This document shows, one piece after another, positions 12,848 through 25,025 of a stretch of 64,000 nucleotides of DNA. How positions within the stretch are numbered: the first letter of the stretch is position 1; every line of letters begins with the position of its first letter. This DNA is from Octopus sinensis (Eukaryota). The translations under genes and the position numbers were made by a program. The notes below the pieces were generated by a model, which saw only the letters and a list, made by a program, of their open reading frames with translations, made no database searches and was not told the origin of the DNA. The stretch covers positions 22,815,360 through 22,879,359 of the forward strand of contig NC_043019.1 in NCBI RefSeq assembly GCF_006345805.1, read 5' to 3'.

Positions 12848-13940
12848 CCATCGGATTACAGAAATACCTATTTCAGAAGCAAGGAAAACTAATACAAATA
12901 GCCACAAAACATGAACAAAACAATAAACTGTTTTCTGTCTTTAGGGAAGCTGACAAATACAAAAAAGAAATCATAGTACTTAACAACTATGAAGAAAAAG
13001 AAGAAACAACAAAAGTTGTAAAACAACTGAAATCCAAACTAAAACTGGAACAGCAACGTATCATGATAAAACGATGGCAAGAAAAGCCCCTAGGTGGCAA
13101 ATATTGGGTTAAGCTAAACAGAAAAGAAATAGACAAAGCAAAATTCCAATAATGGCTGAGAAGCTCAGGACTCAAAGCAGAGACTGAAGGATTTTAAATT
13201 CCAGCACAAGCTCAAAGCCTTCCCACCAGAAATCACCAAAAACATGTAATGGAGAGAAATACAAGTAACTGCAGAATATGTGGAGATGGAGAAGAAACAA
13301 TAAATCATATTGTCTCTGGCTGCCCAGTTTTGGCTGAGAGGGAATATATTCATAGACACCACAGAGTTGGGACCTACATACACTGGAAGCTAAGCCAACA
13401 CTATGGAATAACAACAGAAAAAATTTGGTATAGGCACACACCAGGAAAGGTCACAGAAAATGAGAAAGCAACCATACTCTGGGATATGCCAATACACACA
13501 GATAGAGAAATTAAAGCCAATGGGCCAGATATAGTTGTCAGCGATCATGAAGAAAAAATACTTTTCAATCATTGTATATATACCAACAGATGACAATATT
13601 TCTCTAAAAGAAACAGAGAAACTTTCAAAATACAAAGATCTAGAAACAGAGTTAACTCGAAGGAAAAACCTAAAAGCAGAAACAATTCTTATTATAGTAG
13701 GTACATTAGGTATAATTAAAAAACATTCAGACAAATACATAACAAAAACACCAGGACTTACAAGTATATATAACATACAGAAAATCTCACTACTAGGCAC
13801 TGCACACATCCAACATAAAACACTTTAAATTCAGTAAAAATAAAAGCATCACAACAAATCACAGCACATACCCAAGGCACACAAAGCTGTACTTGGTAGT
13901 GCAGTAAAAGTACATGATAAAAATAAGACTACTGTATGAT
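12848..13940 (+). mobile_element. 5'-truncated, disabled R4/Dong-like non-LTR retrotransposon (C-terminal CCHC knuckle and restriction-like endonuclease)
   Basis: ORFs 13249-13593 and 13535-13828 give CRICGDGEETINHIVSGC (CCHC), RHHRV, ILWD, PDIVV and EKLSKYKDL...IIVGTLG; upstream frame reads WLRSSGLKAETEG; stops and frameshifts present; flanked by (TAA)n, the known Dong target. Confidence 0.9.
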
Positions 13941-15961
13941 AACAATAATAATAATAGAACGTTAAACGTTTTGGTGTATGACTTTTGATCCACCCTGCAT
14001 AGACATGTGTGTGCATATATATATATATATATATATACACTAGCAGAAAGACTTCCCTCCAGGTGGTTTTCTACTGTTCAAACCTGGAGTGTGTGTTTAT
14101 ATTAGAGATACTCTGTGTGTGTGTTTATATTAAGAGAGACAGTGTGTGTGTATGTGCGTGTAAGAGAGTGAGAGTGAGGAGAGAGAACATTGCAAACAAT
14201 GAATGAAATAAAAAATGAAATGAAAAAAATCATAGAAATAAAAGTTCATTAAAAACTATTTTGGACCAAATATTTAAATTTATGAACTTGAAATATCCAA
14301 TAATAAAAGGAAGTTCAGAAAGCAAATTTTTCTGAAAACTTCAATTTATTAAAAATTTCACTTGCTTAGTAAATATTTTAATAATTTGTCATAGTTGTAA
14401 TATATCTAATTTAAACAAACTTCAAGGTTTAGCATGCTAGAAATAGCAGCTATCACATAGTTATTATGTAAGGCTTATAGCGTTCTAAACAGCCATACCA
14501 ACAAAATTAGTTCTTAATTTCAAAAAAATAAATGTTTACTGGTATATTAAAAATTTTTCATTTTATCAAAAATAAGCCTCAAAGTTATACAGCTATTTTG
14601 TCTAATAGCATTCATTCATTCAATAAATAGTTTTTTTACATTACGTATATAGAATATAAAGTGTGTGTTTTGCAAATCGCGAATTAAATCTTGAAATGAA
14701 AACATTGAAATGAATGTAAATTAAATTATCATTAATGTAAATAGAGGCGAGAGAGAGTGAGAGACTGTTGTAAATGAAAACGGAAAACTTCGCCTGCAAA
14801 AAATTAATATTGTTTATTAACTCTACTCTACAGTGAATGCAATGAATATTTAAATTTGTGAAAATCTTGTAGTTCAAATATTCAATAACGTTCAGAAATC
14901 CAAACAACAGGAAATTTCTTAGAACATGAATTTATAAAATACTTTTCCAGACAGGCTTGCCTTTAATGATTACTTTCTTTTAATAACTGTTACACACCTA
15001 ATTAATAAGCAGCTTTCACCATTATAATATAGATAGATATATAGAGATTTTTTTTAAAAGTTACTAACTATCTAAAGAAATTATTTTTGAGAAAAACAAT
15101 GCCATGAACCTTTTCAAAAAAGGTTCTGATTCTGTGCATATGTTGTGTTTTCCTATACACATATTTATATAATGGGTTTCTTTCAGTTTCTGTCTACCAA
15201 ATCCACTCACAAAGGTTTCGTGAACCCAAACCTATAGAAGACACTTGCTCAAGGTGTCAGGTAATGGGACTGAACCCAGAACCATGCAGTTGGGAGGTAA
15301 ACTTCTTACCACATAGCCACACCTGCACCTGTGTCAGAGTTTTTTTTTTTTTTTACATTTCCATGAAAGAAGGCAGTGAGTTGGCAGAAGCAATGTAGCA
15401 GACAGAATGTTTTGCAGCATTTTTTCAAACCCTTCATGTTCCACTTTGAATTCCTGCTGAAGTCAACTTTGCTTTCACCCCCCTGTGAACGATAAAATAA
15501 AGTACCAGTGATGTATTGAGGTCAATGCAGTTGACATACCCACTTCCCACATAGTTGCTGACTATGCACCAAAATATGAAACCATTATAAAGCAGTGAGC
15601 TGGCAGAATCGTTAGCATGCCAGGCAAAGTGATTAGCGGCATTTCATCTGTCTGAGTGTAAATTCTGCCATGGTCAACTTTGGCTTTCATCCTTTCAGGG
15701 TCAATAAAATAAGTACCAGTTGAACACTGGCGTCAATGCAATTGACTTACCACTCCCCCAAAATTGCTGGCCTAGTGCCAAGATTTGAAACCATTATTTT
15801 TTTTTTTTTTTCTTCTTTCAAATTTGCTTCCATTTCTTGCCGAGTGTCTTCCCGACTCCTAGGGCAAAGAAACTCATAGTATACATTGGTAGGCCATTAA
15901 GCTAAACTCAATAGTTCATTCATTTTTTTTTTTAAGTTAAATTAAAATACATGGGTAGTAA

Positions 15962-16001
<40 letters not shown>

Positions 16002-16611
16002 TCTCCAAAGTAGAGATTTTAGTGAAGTCAAATGATAGAAATAATTAAATTTGGAATGAACAGATAATTAAATGAGAACAAAAATTTTGTGTGTGTATCT
16101 CTCTCTCTCTCTCTCTCCTTATATATATATATATTATACACACACACACAATATAGAAATCTTAATTTTATCTGAATTTTAATTTTCACCTTTTGCTTTT
16201 TAATCAGACTTAATTATCCTTACTCCTGAAGAGAAGGGAGGAAAAAACAAAAACAAAAAAAAACAACTCTGTTACACTGCCACAAGAAATAATCAAAAAT
16301 GTAGAAGAAAAGATGACATTGTGAATGAATGATAGAGCAAAATATTAATGATAGGAAGGAAATAAACTTCATTCTGAATCATAAACGAAATGAGCAGAAC
16401 TATTTGTCACCATCATAGACCATAATTAACCTTTGACTAACACCTGGTAACCATCATCATTATTATTGTCATCATTTACTGTTTGTTTTAGATGCTGGCA
16501 TGGCTTGGACAGTTTAACAGGATCTGATGAGCAAGATGACTGCAACAAACTCCAATGTGAGTTTTGGTACAGTTTTTTTAGGTTGGATGTTCTTAAATGC
16601 TAAAGGGTTAA

Positions 16612-16832
16612 CCCTTTAGCATTTAAACCGGCCATATCCGGCCAAAAGTATTCTGCCTGTTTTATGTTCATACTGGCCAGATCTGGTCTCTCACACCAAC
16701 CCTACTATATCGTTTTAAAAATTAACAGCTACCTCATCAAAATCTCATGGCTACAAGATAATACATGATTAGTTCAAAGCAATGTGGATGAAGAAGCACT
16801 AATTTTGTCAGAATAATGTGAACACTAAAGGG
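16612..16832 (+). mobile_element. piggyBac-type MITE inserted in a family C element
   Basis: TTAA|CCCTTTAGCATTT...CACTAAAGGG|TTAA. Confidence 0.85.
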
Positions 16833-17823
16833 TTAATGCCAACCACTACAGTGTGTACTGATTGCTTTCTTCATGGTGCCAGCACAAGTAAGGTTTCCAA
16901 GTAACTCACAAGACAGAGAAAAAGACTCTTTAAGAGAGTAGAGATGTAGTTGAGAAGAAGGAGGTGATTTTATGTCAGGTGTTGAGAGGTTAAAATATGA
17001 TAAAAGGGAGACGAACAGGTGTCTTGTTATAATGGAGACAACTCAGCTGGATGAAAAGACAGAAAAGAGATGGTAATGATGAGGTGTCAGTGTTGATGTG
17101 TTTGAGTTCCCATAATTTAATGGTTCAGGAAAAGAAACTGATAGAATAAGTACCAGATTTAAAATAGAATACTGAGGCAGATTCATTCCACTAAAATTCT
17201 TCTACACACAGTCTCAGCATGTACGCAGTCTAATGACTGAAACAAGTAAACAATAAAAGATAGATAGATAGATAGCTGGAGGAGGAGAGGGAGAGGGAGG
17301 GAGAGAGAAGGGGAAAAGGAAAGGGAATAATGAAATCGATTAAGAGTGAAAGTTAGAACAGCTGACCCAAGAAGGGAGCAGACTCTAGGGGCTATATATA
17401 TATCAAATTAAATATCACGAAAAGAGGGAGAGAGAGAGATTGATGTCTCACCTCAAGTAATTGTCAGTCCTTAAGGGATTTACCTGTCAACAATATGGGC
17501 CAATAGGCTGGGTGGGGAGGTTAATGATCTGATTAATAATGGCATAATGGAAACATTAGAATGTCAGGCACATTAGAGCGGCTTGTGGTGTTTAGTTACA
17601 TTTCAGCTCTTTACATTCTGAGATCAAATCTCACCAAGGTACAACTTTCACCTTTCATCCTTCTAAGAATTGGTAAAACAAAAAAAATACTTGTCAGTCA
17701 GAGGACCTAATATTATTAATAATTCATAAGTAATACCTTCCTTGCTAATTACTGAAAACGAAACCCTTGGTTTGAGAGCAACCCCCTTTTTTTCCTTACT
17801 TCCTCCAGCCTTGGAAACTTTAA

Positions 17824-18039
17824 CCCTTTAACATTTAAATCGGTTATATCCGGCTAAAATAATCTACCTACTTTATGTTCAGACTGGCCGGATCTGCCCA
17901 CCCCCCTCACACTTACCCTACAATGTCATTCTGAAAATAAACTATCACATCACTGAAATCTCAAAAGCTACAAGATTAACTCAGAACAATGTAAATAAAT
18001 AAGGATTACATTTAATGGAATAACCTGAATGCTAAAGAG
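17824..18039 (+). mobile_element. piggyBac-type MITE (diverged)
   Basis: TTAA CCCTTTAACATTT...AATGCTAAAGAG; internal homology to the other copies. Confidence 0.75.
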
Positions 18040-18085
18040 TTGTGGGTGCTGAAATTCCTTCTCAAACCAAAAAAACAAAAGAGGC

Positions 18086-18504
18086 TCTCTCTTTTACTCT
18101 TTTACTTGTTTCAGTCATTTGACTGCGGCCATGCTGGAGCACCGCCTTTAGTCGAGCAAATCGACCCCGGGACTTATTCTTTTTTGTAAGCCCAGTACTT
18201 ATTCTATCGGTCTCTTTTGCCGAACCGCTAAGTGACGGGGACGTAAACACACCAGCATCAGTTGTCAAGCAATGCTAGGGGGACGAACACAAACACACAC
18301 ACATACATACACACACACATATATATATATATACATATATACGACAGGCTTCTTTCAGTTTCCGTCTACCAAATCCACTCACAAGGCATTGGTCGGCCCG
18401 GGGCTATAGCAGAAGACACTTGCCCAAGATGCCACGCAGTGGGACTGAACCCGGAACCATGTGGTTGGTTAGCAAGCTACTTACCACACAGCCACTCCTG
18501 CGCC
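18086..18504 (-). mobile_element. Family B SINE (young copy)
   Basis: Full-length match to family B. Confidence 0.85.
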
Positions 18505-18520
18505 TGTTGTTGTTGCTTAA

Positions 18521-18740
18521 CCCCTTAGTGTTTAAACCGGCCATATCAGGCCAAAATTGTCTTCCTGTTTTATGCTCAAACCAGCCAGCTCTGACCTCTC
18601 ACACCTACCCTACAAAGTCATTCTAAAAATAAACAGGGACATCATCAAAATCTCAGAGTTACAAGATGCTGTACAATTAATTCAAAACAATGTGATTAAA
18701 CAGGCTTTACATTTGACAGAGTAATCTGAATGCCAAAGAG
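18521..18740 (+). mobile_element. piggyBac-type MITE, near-identical to 6390-6609
   Basis: TTAA flanks; 220 bp; 5 differences from 6390-6609 by eye. Confidence 0.88.
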
Positions 18741-19924
18741 TTAATCCTGGTCAGGTAGATCTGTTTATAATCAAAGACGATTCAACCTTGCCCATCCAGT
18801 CTTTTTGAACAATTTCTCTCAAATTATTAAATGTATCAAATAATATGCCGAAGCACCTCCACTACTTTGTTTTAAAGACGGCTGAACTGTGCTTCTCAAC
18901 AGTTTTGTAATACAGTGGCCCGTTTCACTATATGAGGTTTACAAATAACCATATTCTATATTTTGAGAAAAAGAAGGAAGGAAGGAAACAAATGTATCAC
19001 CAGTTATTTTAATCCAACAGAAACTAATCCTGTGCAGTGGCTTATTATCCGAATTATATCATACTGGTATCATGTAAAAGGCATTCATACTGGTGCCATG
19101 TAAAGTGTATTCATACTAGCAACAAGTAAAGAACAAGCATGCCAGCAATCACATAAAAAGCACCCAGTACACTCTGTAAAGTGGTTGGTGTTAGGAAGGG
19201 TATCCAGCCATAGAGACCAAACCAAAACAGACAATCAGAGCCTGGATAGCTCTCTGGCTGGCCAGCTCCTATCAAACCCTCCAACCTAAGCCAGCATGGA
19301 AAACAGATATCAAACAGTGATGATGATGATATAATTGTCTCTAGACTGAGCTGCTTTTTAGATATTTGCTAGAACTTGTGTTCCTAGAAATTACTAAAGG
19401 AGATGAAAATTTATATAATAAAAGCATATTTAATCTTGGTGCATCATCAATCAAGCTTCTACTCACTGAATACACAATGTCCAATGCATATTTTAATCCC
19501 AACAAAGATTTTTTTTCAAAAATGTGTTTAAATTATTGAACCTTGTCTAAATAATTTATTTCAAAGAAATGTAATGACCCTGCTTCCCATAAACATGCAG
19601 CATCTCCTAGTAATCCCTTAATATTTATCATCTTCTTGCGAACTTACAACTCCCCAAAGAACCATTGTGGTATAGTGATAAGAAAGAAAGATTTGGCTGT
19701 TATTTCTAGCAAATGGAAAAGTGACCTTGTGCAGGCTCTCCATGTACTCAATGTCTGATAATCTCAACAAGATTCAAGCTAAACCAATATTTAATCTGTT
19801 CGTGACTAGATTTCTAATGAGATACACTATCCTACATTTCAATTAATTTGGAAACTAATAATGATAATAATGAGAAGAAAAAAATTAAAAAAGCATTACT
19901 AAAATTAATTATTTTTTCCATTAC

Positions 19925-20010
19925 GAAATTGGTGTTGGGTTCTTCTATAAAATTTATGATGGAAGGTTTTAAACTGGGAAGTTTGGAACCAGAAGCTGTC
20001 TCTGGTGGAT
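19925..20010 (-). other. Candidate internal exon (86 nt; DPPETASGSKLPSLKPSIINFIEEPNTNF)
   Basis: Minus strand: acceptor TCTTCTCTTTTTCCTTTGATACCAG, open frame, weak donor TTC|GTAATG; sits in non-repeat sequence. No homology recognised. Confidence 0.25.
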
Positions 20011-20322
20011 CTGGTATCAAAGGAAAAAGAGAAGATTTAACAGCAAAATTAATAAACTGAGCAAATTCTCTTTACACAACCCTTTTCTCAGTTCTCTCAG
20101 AAGTCAAAAGTGGAAATTTGTCTGAGATTATTTGGTTAGTAGTAAAGTAGGAAATCAGATCTTAAGTATAGTAGTTTGGATTTAATAAAAAGTGCTTACA
20201 GAACATCACTCAACCAATGTGAAACCAAGGATAGAAATTCAACTCTTTTGATACCAACTTGAGATTTCTCCTACACACTTCATATTTTAAAGTAAATCAA
20301 AACATTCCAACAGAATTTCATG

Positions 20323-20745
20323 TTACTCTTTTACTCTTTTACTTGCTTCAGTCATTTGACTGTGGCCATGCTGGAGCACCGCCTTTTAGTCAAGCAAATC
20401 AACCCCAGGACTTAGTCTTTGGAAGCCTAGTACTTATTCTATCAGTCTCTTTTGCCGAACCGCTACATTACGGAGACATCAATACCAGCTGTCAAATGGT
20501 GATGGGTGACAAACACAGACAGAAAGACATACACAACACACCCACACACATAAACATACACATATACACACATACACAAACATACAATAGGCTTCTTTCA
20601 GTTCTTGTCTACCAAATCCACTCACAAGGCTTTGGTTGGCCTGGAGCTATAGTAGAAGATACTTGCCCAAGGTGCCATGCAGTGGGACTGAACCCAGAAC
20701 CATATAGTTGGGAAGCAAGCTTCTTACCAAATGGCCATACCCAAA
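20323..20745 (-). mobile_element. Family B SINE (older, CpG-decayed)
   Basis: Family B match; it explains the 197-aa ORF at 20259-20852. Confidence 0.8.
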
Positions 20746-21890
20746 CCTACATTTTTATTTATTTTTTTGTTTTACTTTCCCATTCATCTTCTCAACTTTG
20801 GTTAGATGGCTTTGTTCAAACCAGTGATACTTTCTTGGTTTCCATTGTTTAATAAGTGACTTTATTGCCTGTTCGTTTGTCCCCACCACCAACACAATAT
20901 TTTACTTGTAAAACAGTATGTCAAAAAAGACTAAGTAGAAAGGAGACTAATGGATGTTATAAAGAGGCTGTTACATGCAGAGGAAAACTGCCAAGTTTAG
21001 AGACAGCCCTTGGCACATAAACCAGGAGAGAAAGAAACAGCAACAAATTCCACCCTGACCATTGAACTGAAATTCTAAATTTTTCCTAAATTAAAAGTGA
21101 CAGCAGACTTAAAAGTTGTTTCTTCAGTGTTTTGGGGTCAGTTATTAAATGTGGGGTCCTAAATTGGAATTTCTCTTTTTTTTTTTGTGGCTACACTGAT
21201 GGTTTCTCTAGGTAATTCACCTCTGACATGATTAGTATTATGGTCTACTGGTCTACATTACTGACAGACATCAATATTATAAAAGAAATCATTATTATTA
21301 TTATTATTATTACATTCTGAGGTCAAATTCCACCAAAGTCAACTTTACCATTCAGGGTCAATAAAATAAGTACCAGCTGAGTACTGGGGTCAATGTAAGA
21401 GACTTACTCCTCCCTACAAACTTGCTGGCCTTGTGCCAAAATTTGAAATCATCATTATTGTTATTGTTATTATTATCATTATTATTATTAAGGCAGTGAG
21501 ATGGCAGAATTGTTAGCACACCAGGCAAAATGCTTAGCAGCGTTTTATCCATCTTTACATTCTGAGATCAAATTCCGCCAAGGTCAACTTAGCCTTTCAT
21601 CCTTTCAATGTCGATAAATTAAGTACCAGTCAAGTACTGGGGTCGATGTGATCAGCCATCCTCCTCCCCTCAAATTCCAGGGCTTGTGCCTATAGTAGAA
21701 AGGATTACTATTATGCTAAAAGACATAATAGAAATCATTATACATCAGTTATTGGGATTCTGTTATTGATAATCTAACAAAGAGCTTTGGATTGACAAAA
21801 TCCTTGGAGCATTTCTTCAAAGAATTAATATTCTTGGTTCAGATCCCACAGAGTTAACTGGGAATTTCATCCTTTTAAAGTCAATAAAAT

Positions 21891-22159
21891 CAGGGCTATG
21901 GAGCCAGAGTCATGGAGTCGGAAACAAGAGATAGCTGGAGTTGGAGTCATAGTTAGTAAAACTATACTAACTCCAGCATCTTTATTCTTTAATATGAACC
22001 AGTTATAACATTTAGGCCTACTCAAAGTACAAGCGTATGCATATGCTTTATGAGATATGTAGACCACAATCACTTAATTACATAAAGAGGAGTTGGAGTT
22101 GGAGGTGCCAACAGTGTCAGAGTCAGATTGAAGTTTTTTGTTTCAATTCCACAGCCCTG
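21891..22159. mobile_element. hAT-type MITE with GGAGTC subterminal repeats, nested in a family A SINE relic
   Basis: TIR CAGGGCTATGGAG.../...TTCCACAGCCCTG; exact 8-bp TSD AATAAAAT at 21883-21890 and 22160-22167. Confidence 0.85.
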
Positions 22160-22231
22160 AATAAAATAAGTATTGACAAGCCCCTTTCACTTATAACTGC
22201 CAGCCATTGTCCCTTACAGACAATTTTCACT

Positions 22232-22845
22232 AATATAGTAAATATAGAAAGATTTTTTCAATGAGGAGGATTAATAATACCAAAACATGTCGAGATTTGT
22301 CTCCCTTACTTATTAAAATCAGATTAAATCAAAATTGGTCCAGGAACTGTTTTCTTCTCCTCACCACATAACTATTATCAGCTCAGAAGTTTTTTTCTCT
22401 CAACATTAACTATGACAAACCTTAACCGTTTTATTATACTCCATTCTACAACGTGAGGAAATGATTTATTAACTGTTCCAATGATAACAAATCAAATAAC
22501 TTTTATAGAATGTTGCCCCTGTATTTATTTTTTTCAATATGGTAAATACAGAAAGATTTTTTCAATGAGGAGGGTTAATAATACCAAAACATGTCCAGAG
22601 TTGTCTCTCTTACTTATTAAAATCAGATTAAATCAAAATTGGTCCAGGAACTAACATTTTCTTCTCCTCACCACATAACTATTATCAGCTAAGAGGTTTT
22701 TTCTCACAATATTAACTATGACAAACCTTAACCGTTTTATTATATTCCATTCTACAACATGAGGAAATGATTTATTAACTGCTCCAATGATAACAAATCA
22801 AATAGCTTTTATAGAATGTTGCCCCTGTATGTATTTTTTTCAATA
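22232..22845 (+). repeat. Two-copy tandem repeat, ~304-bp unit, each with a decayed hammerhead-like motif
   Basis: Unit starts AATATAGTAAATATAGAAAG at 22232 and AATATGGTAAATACAGAAAG at 22536; the units are highly similar throughout. Confidence 0.9.
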
Positions 22846-23623
22846 ATAACTTGAGGGAAGATGCATTAAATAGGTTAGTAGGTCGAGTAATAAGAAGCAG
22901 CTCTTCCCTCGATAATGCCTTCTATTAGTTTCGACTTTTATTTCATTGGTAGATAACTAGAGAGAATGGGGAAATGTTTAAATTTAGCAGCCAAGCCAAG
23001 AAATCAACAATTCAACGCTGTCTTTTTTTCCCTTCTTTCTACTTCATCTCCAAGCCTGCCAATTTATCTAACGATGTTGCGTTACTGTTCTGTGAACAGC
23101 AACAAACTGACTGGGATAATTAGCATTGAAAGACGACTGCATTTATTCAAAGCAAATTAAAATTGGAAATCGCATTACCGTGAATTCATTGAAATCAATC
23201 CCATTCTAAATTATTCCTAATACACACACACACACACACACTGAAACAAAAACCATATACATACACATATATATATATACACATATATACATGTAAACAT
23301 GCAAGCATACATCACCACTGTCATCATAATGATGATCACTTTACATCATATTTCTTTTCATGCTGGATGAGCTTTTATGGATTGTTGTCGTGCATGTCCT
23401 CTTGCACACATGGCAACAGAAAAAAAAATCTGGCTTTGTTTACTGTCCTACATTGTGGACTGGGATACATCACATCAGGCCACTAGCACCAAAGAGCAGC
23501 TAACCCTTGTGCAGAGGACCAACACATTCACTTCCTTCAGTTCCTCACCTTCTCCCGACTTAAAAGGTCTTTATTTACATTATTTACATTTTACGGATAT
23601 TTGTCTTCATCTCGTTTGTTGTT

Positions 23624-23669
23624 AACACAATGTTTCGGCTGATATACCCTCCAGCCTTCATCAGGTGTC
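23624..23669 (-). ncRNA. Minimal type I hammerhead ribozyme motif in a Penelope-like terminal-repeat fragment (~23566-23710)
   Basis: Minus strand GACAC-CTGATGA-A-GGCTG-GAGGGTATAT-CAGCC-GAAA-CATT-GTGTT: intact cores, 5-bp stem II, stem I GACAC/GTGTT. Stem III reads CATT, probably CpG-decayed CGTT. Confidence 0.8.
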
Positions 23670-24309
23670 TTGGGGAAATTTCGAACTTGGATTCTCATTC
23701 TTAAGGTACTTGGCAACCCTGCTGGTACTGGTGCCACATAAAAGGGACCTGTGCTGGTGCCATGTAAAAAGTGCCAGTGCCATGTAACAAGCTCTTGCTA
23801 GTGGGACTAAATACCACAAAGTGTTTTCTTTAACCTTATCAATTTTGCTAATAATTTGCGCAGGTGGCACGTAAAAAGCACCTTAGCAGGATTTGAACAC
23901 TGAACCCAAAACACCAGGCTACATACTACAAGGCATTTTATTTGATACTTTACCAACTCTGCTAATTTACAATAACAATCCCTTATATTATAGGCACAAG
24001 GCTTGAAATTTTGTGGAAAGGGGTCCAGTCAATTACATTGACCCCAGTAGCTGAGTGGTATTTATTCCTTTAAATCCAAAAGGATGAAAAATAAAATTTA
24101 CCTCAATAGAATTTAATGTTAGAGCATAAAAAGCTGGAAGGAAAACCTCATCGTTTTGTCTGGAATGCTGACAATTCTAATAGCTTGCAATAATAATAAT
24201 AATAATAATGAGCAGTGACTCTAATGGCTTAACTGATTGGAAGTGCTATCATGTACATGTTTTCTCTTGGTGTAAAAGATGGGCTGGACTACAGTAATGA
24301 TGACGATGA

Positions 24310-24845
24310 TGATAAATGCCCTGATGCAGTACCAGGCAGTGGCTCTCATGGCTTCTGATCTTAACTGATTGGAAGTGTTATCATGTACATTGTTTTGTCT
24401 TGGTATAAAAGATGGGCTACAGCAAATATTCTGCTCAATATCACAGATTTGCTTGTCAGTTGTTTGACCTTAACCAGTTGAGCATGTCCCTTAGTGGCTG
24501 ACGATATGTGCATCTCTGATCACGAGCAGAAGTAGTGGGGGAGCATCATAGCCATGTGTTGAGAGGAATTCTTTGGGGTTTGGATAATTCATCTTTGGAA
24601 ACATAGGTGGTTCGTTCGACATCCTTAAGCAATCCTTATTCACAGACCTTTTGGGCAGGATGGACTATTAAATCAGAAGAAATTCTCACTAGGTCCCACC
24701 TGCAAGGTCATGTGTTGTTTATCTTGATACAAGATCACTATGTTACGCAGAGATGGTTGTGATGCATGTGCCTGGTGTACCCTTAACAGACAAGTAGCCA
24801 TGGTGAGTATACTGGGCTTCGTATATTTGCACCCCAGTGTCACTA
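24310..24845. mobile_element. Unclassified interspersed repeat next to (AAT/GAT)n, with a decayed partial copy at ~24211-24293
   Basis: CTTAACTGATTGGAAGTG..ATCATGTACA..CTTGGT.TAAAAGATGGGCT occurs twice; composition differs from the flanks; class not determined. Confidence 0.45.
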
Positions 24846-25025
24846 AAGGCAGAATCTGAACTCAAAACATAAAGAGGGTCAAAATCCAGCATGTTAAAGA
24901 TTTTGTCAGCTTGCCATTTAATAAATAATAATAATAATAGCGTCAAACTTTGGCACAAGGCCATCAATTTTAAGGGAGAGGGCAGAAACAATTAGATTAA
25001 GTCAAAGTAGCTTCTGTGAACTTAC

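Noticed and set aside
19790-19825. TGACTAGATTTC, resembling the miR-279/996 5' end
   Set aside because: Only a short match, with no pre-miRNA-sized hairpin.
20259-20852. 197-aa ORF and the many recurring 'YQIHSQG..EDTCPRCHAVGLNPEP' peptides
   Set aside because: These are antisense translations of family B SINEs, not a gene family.
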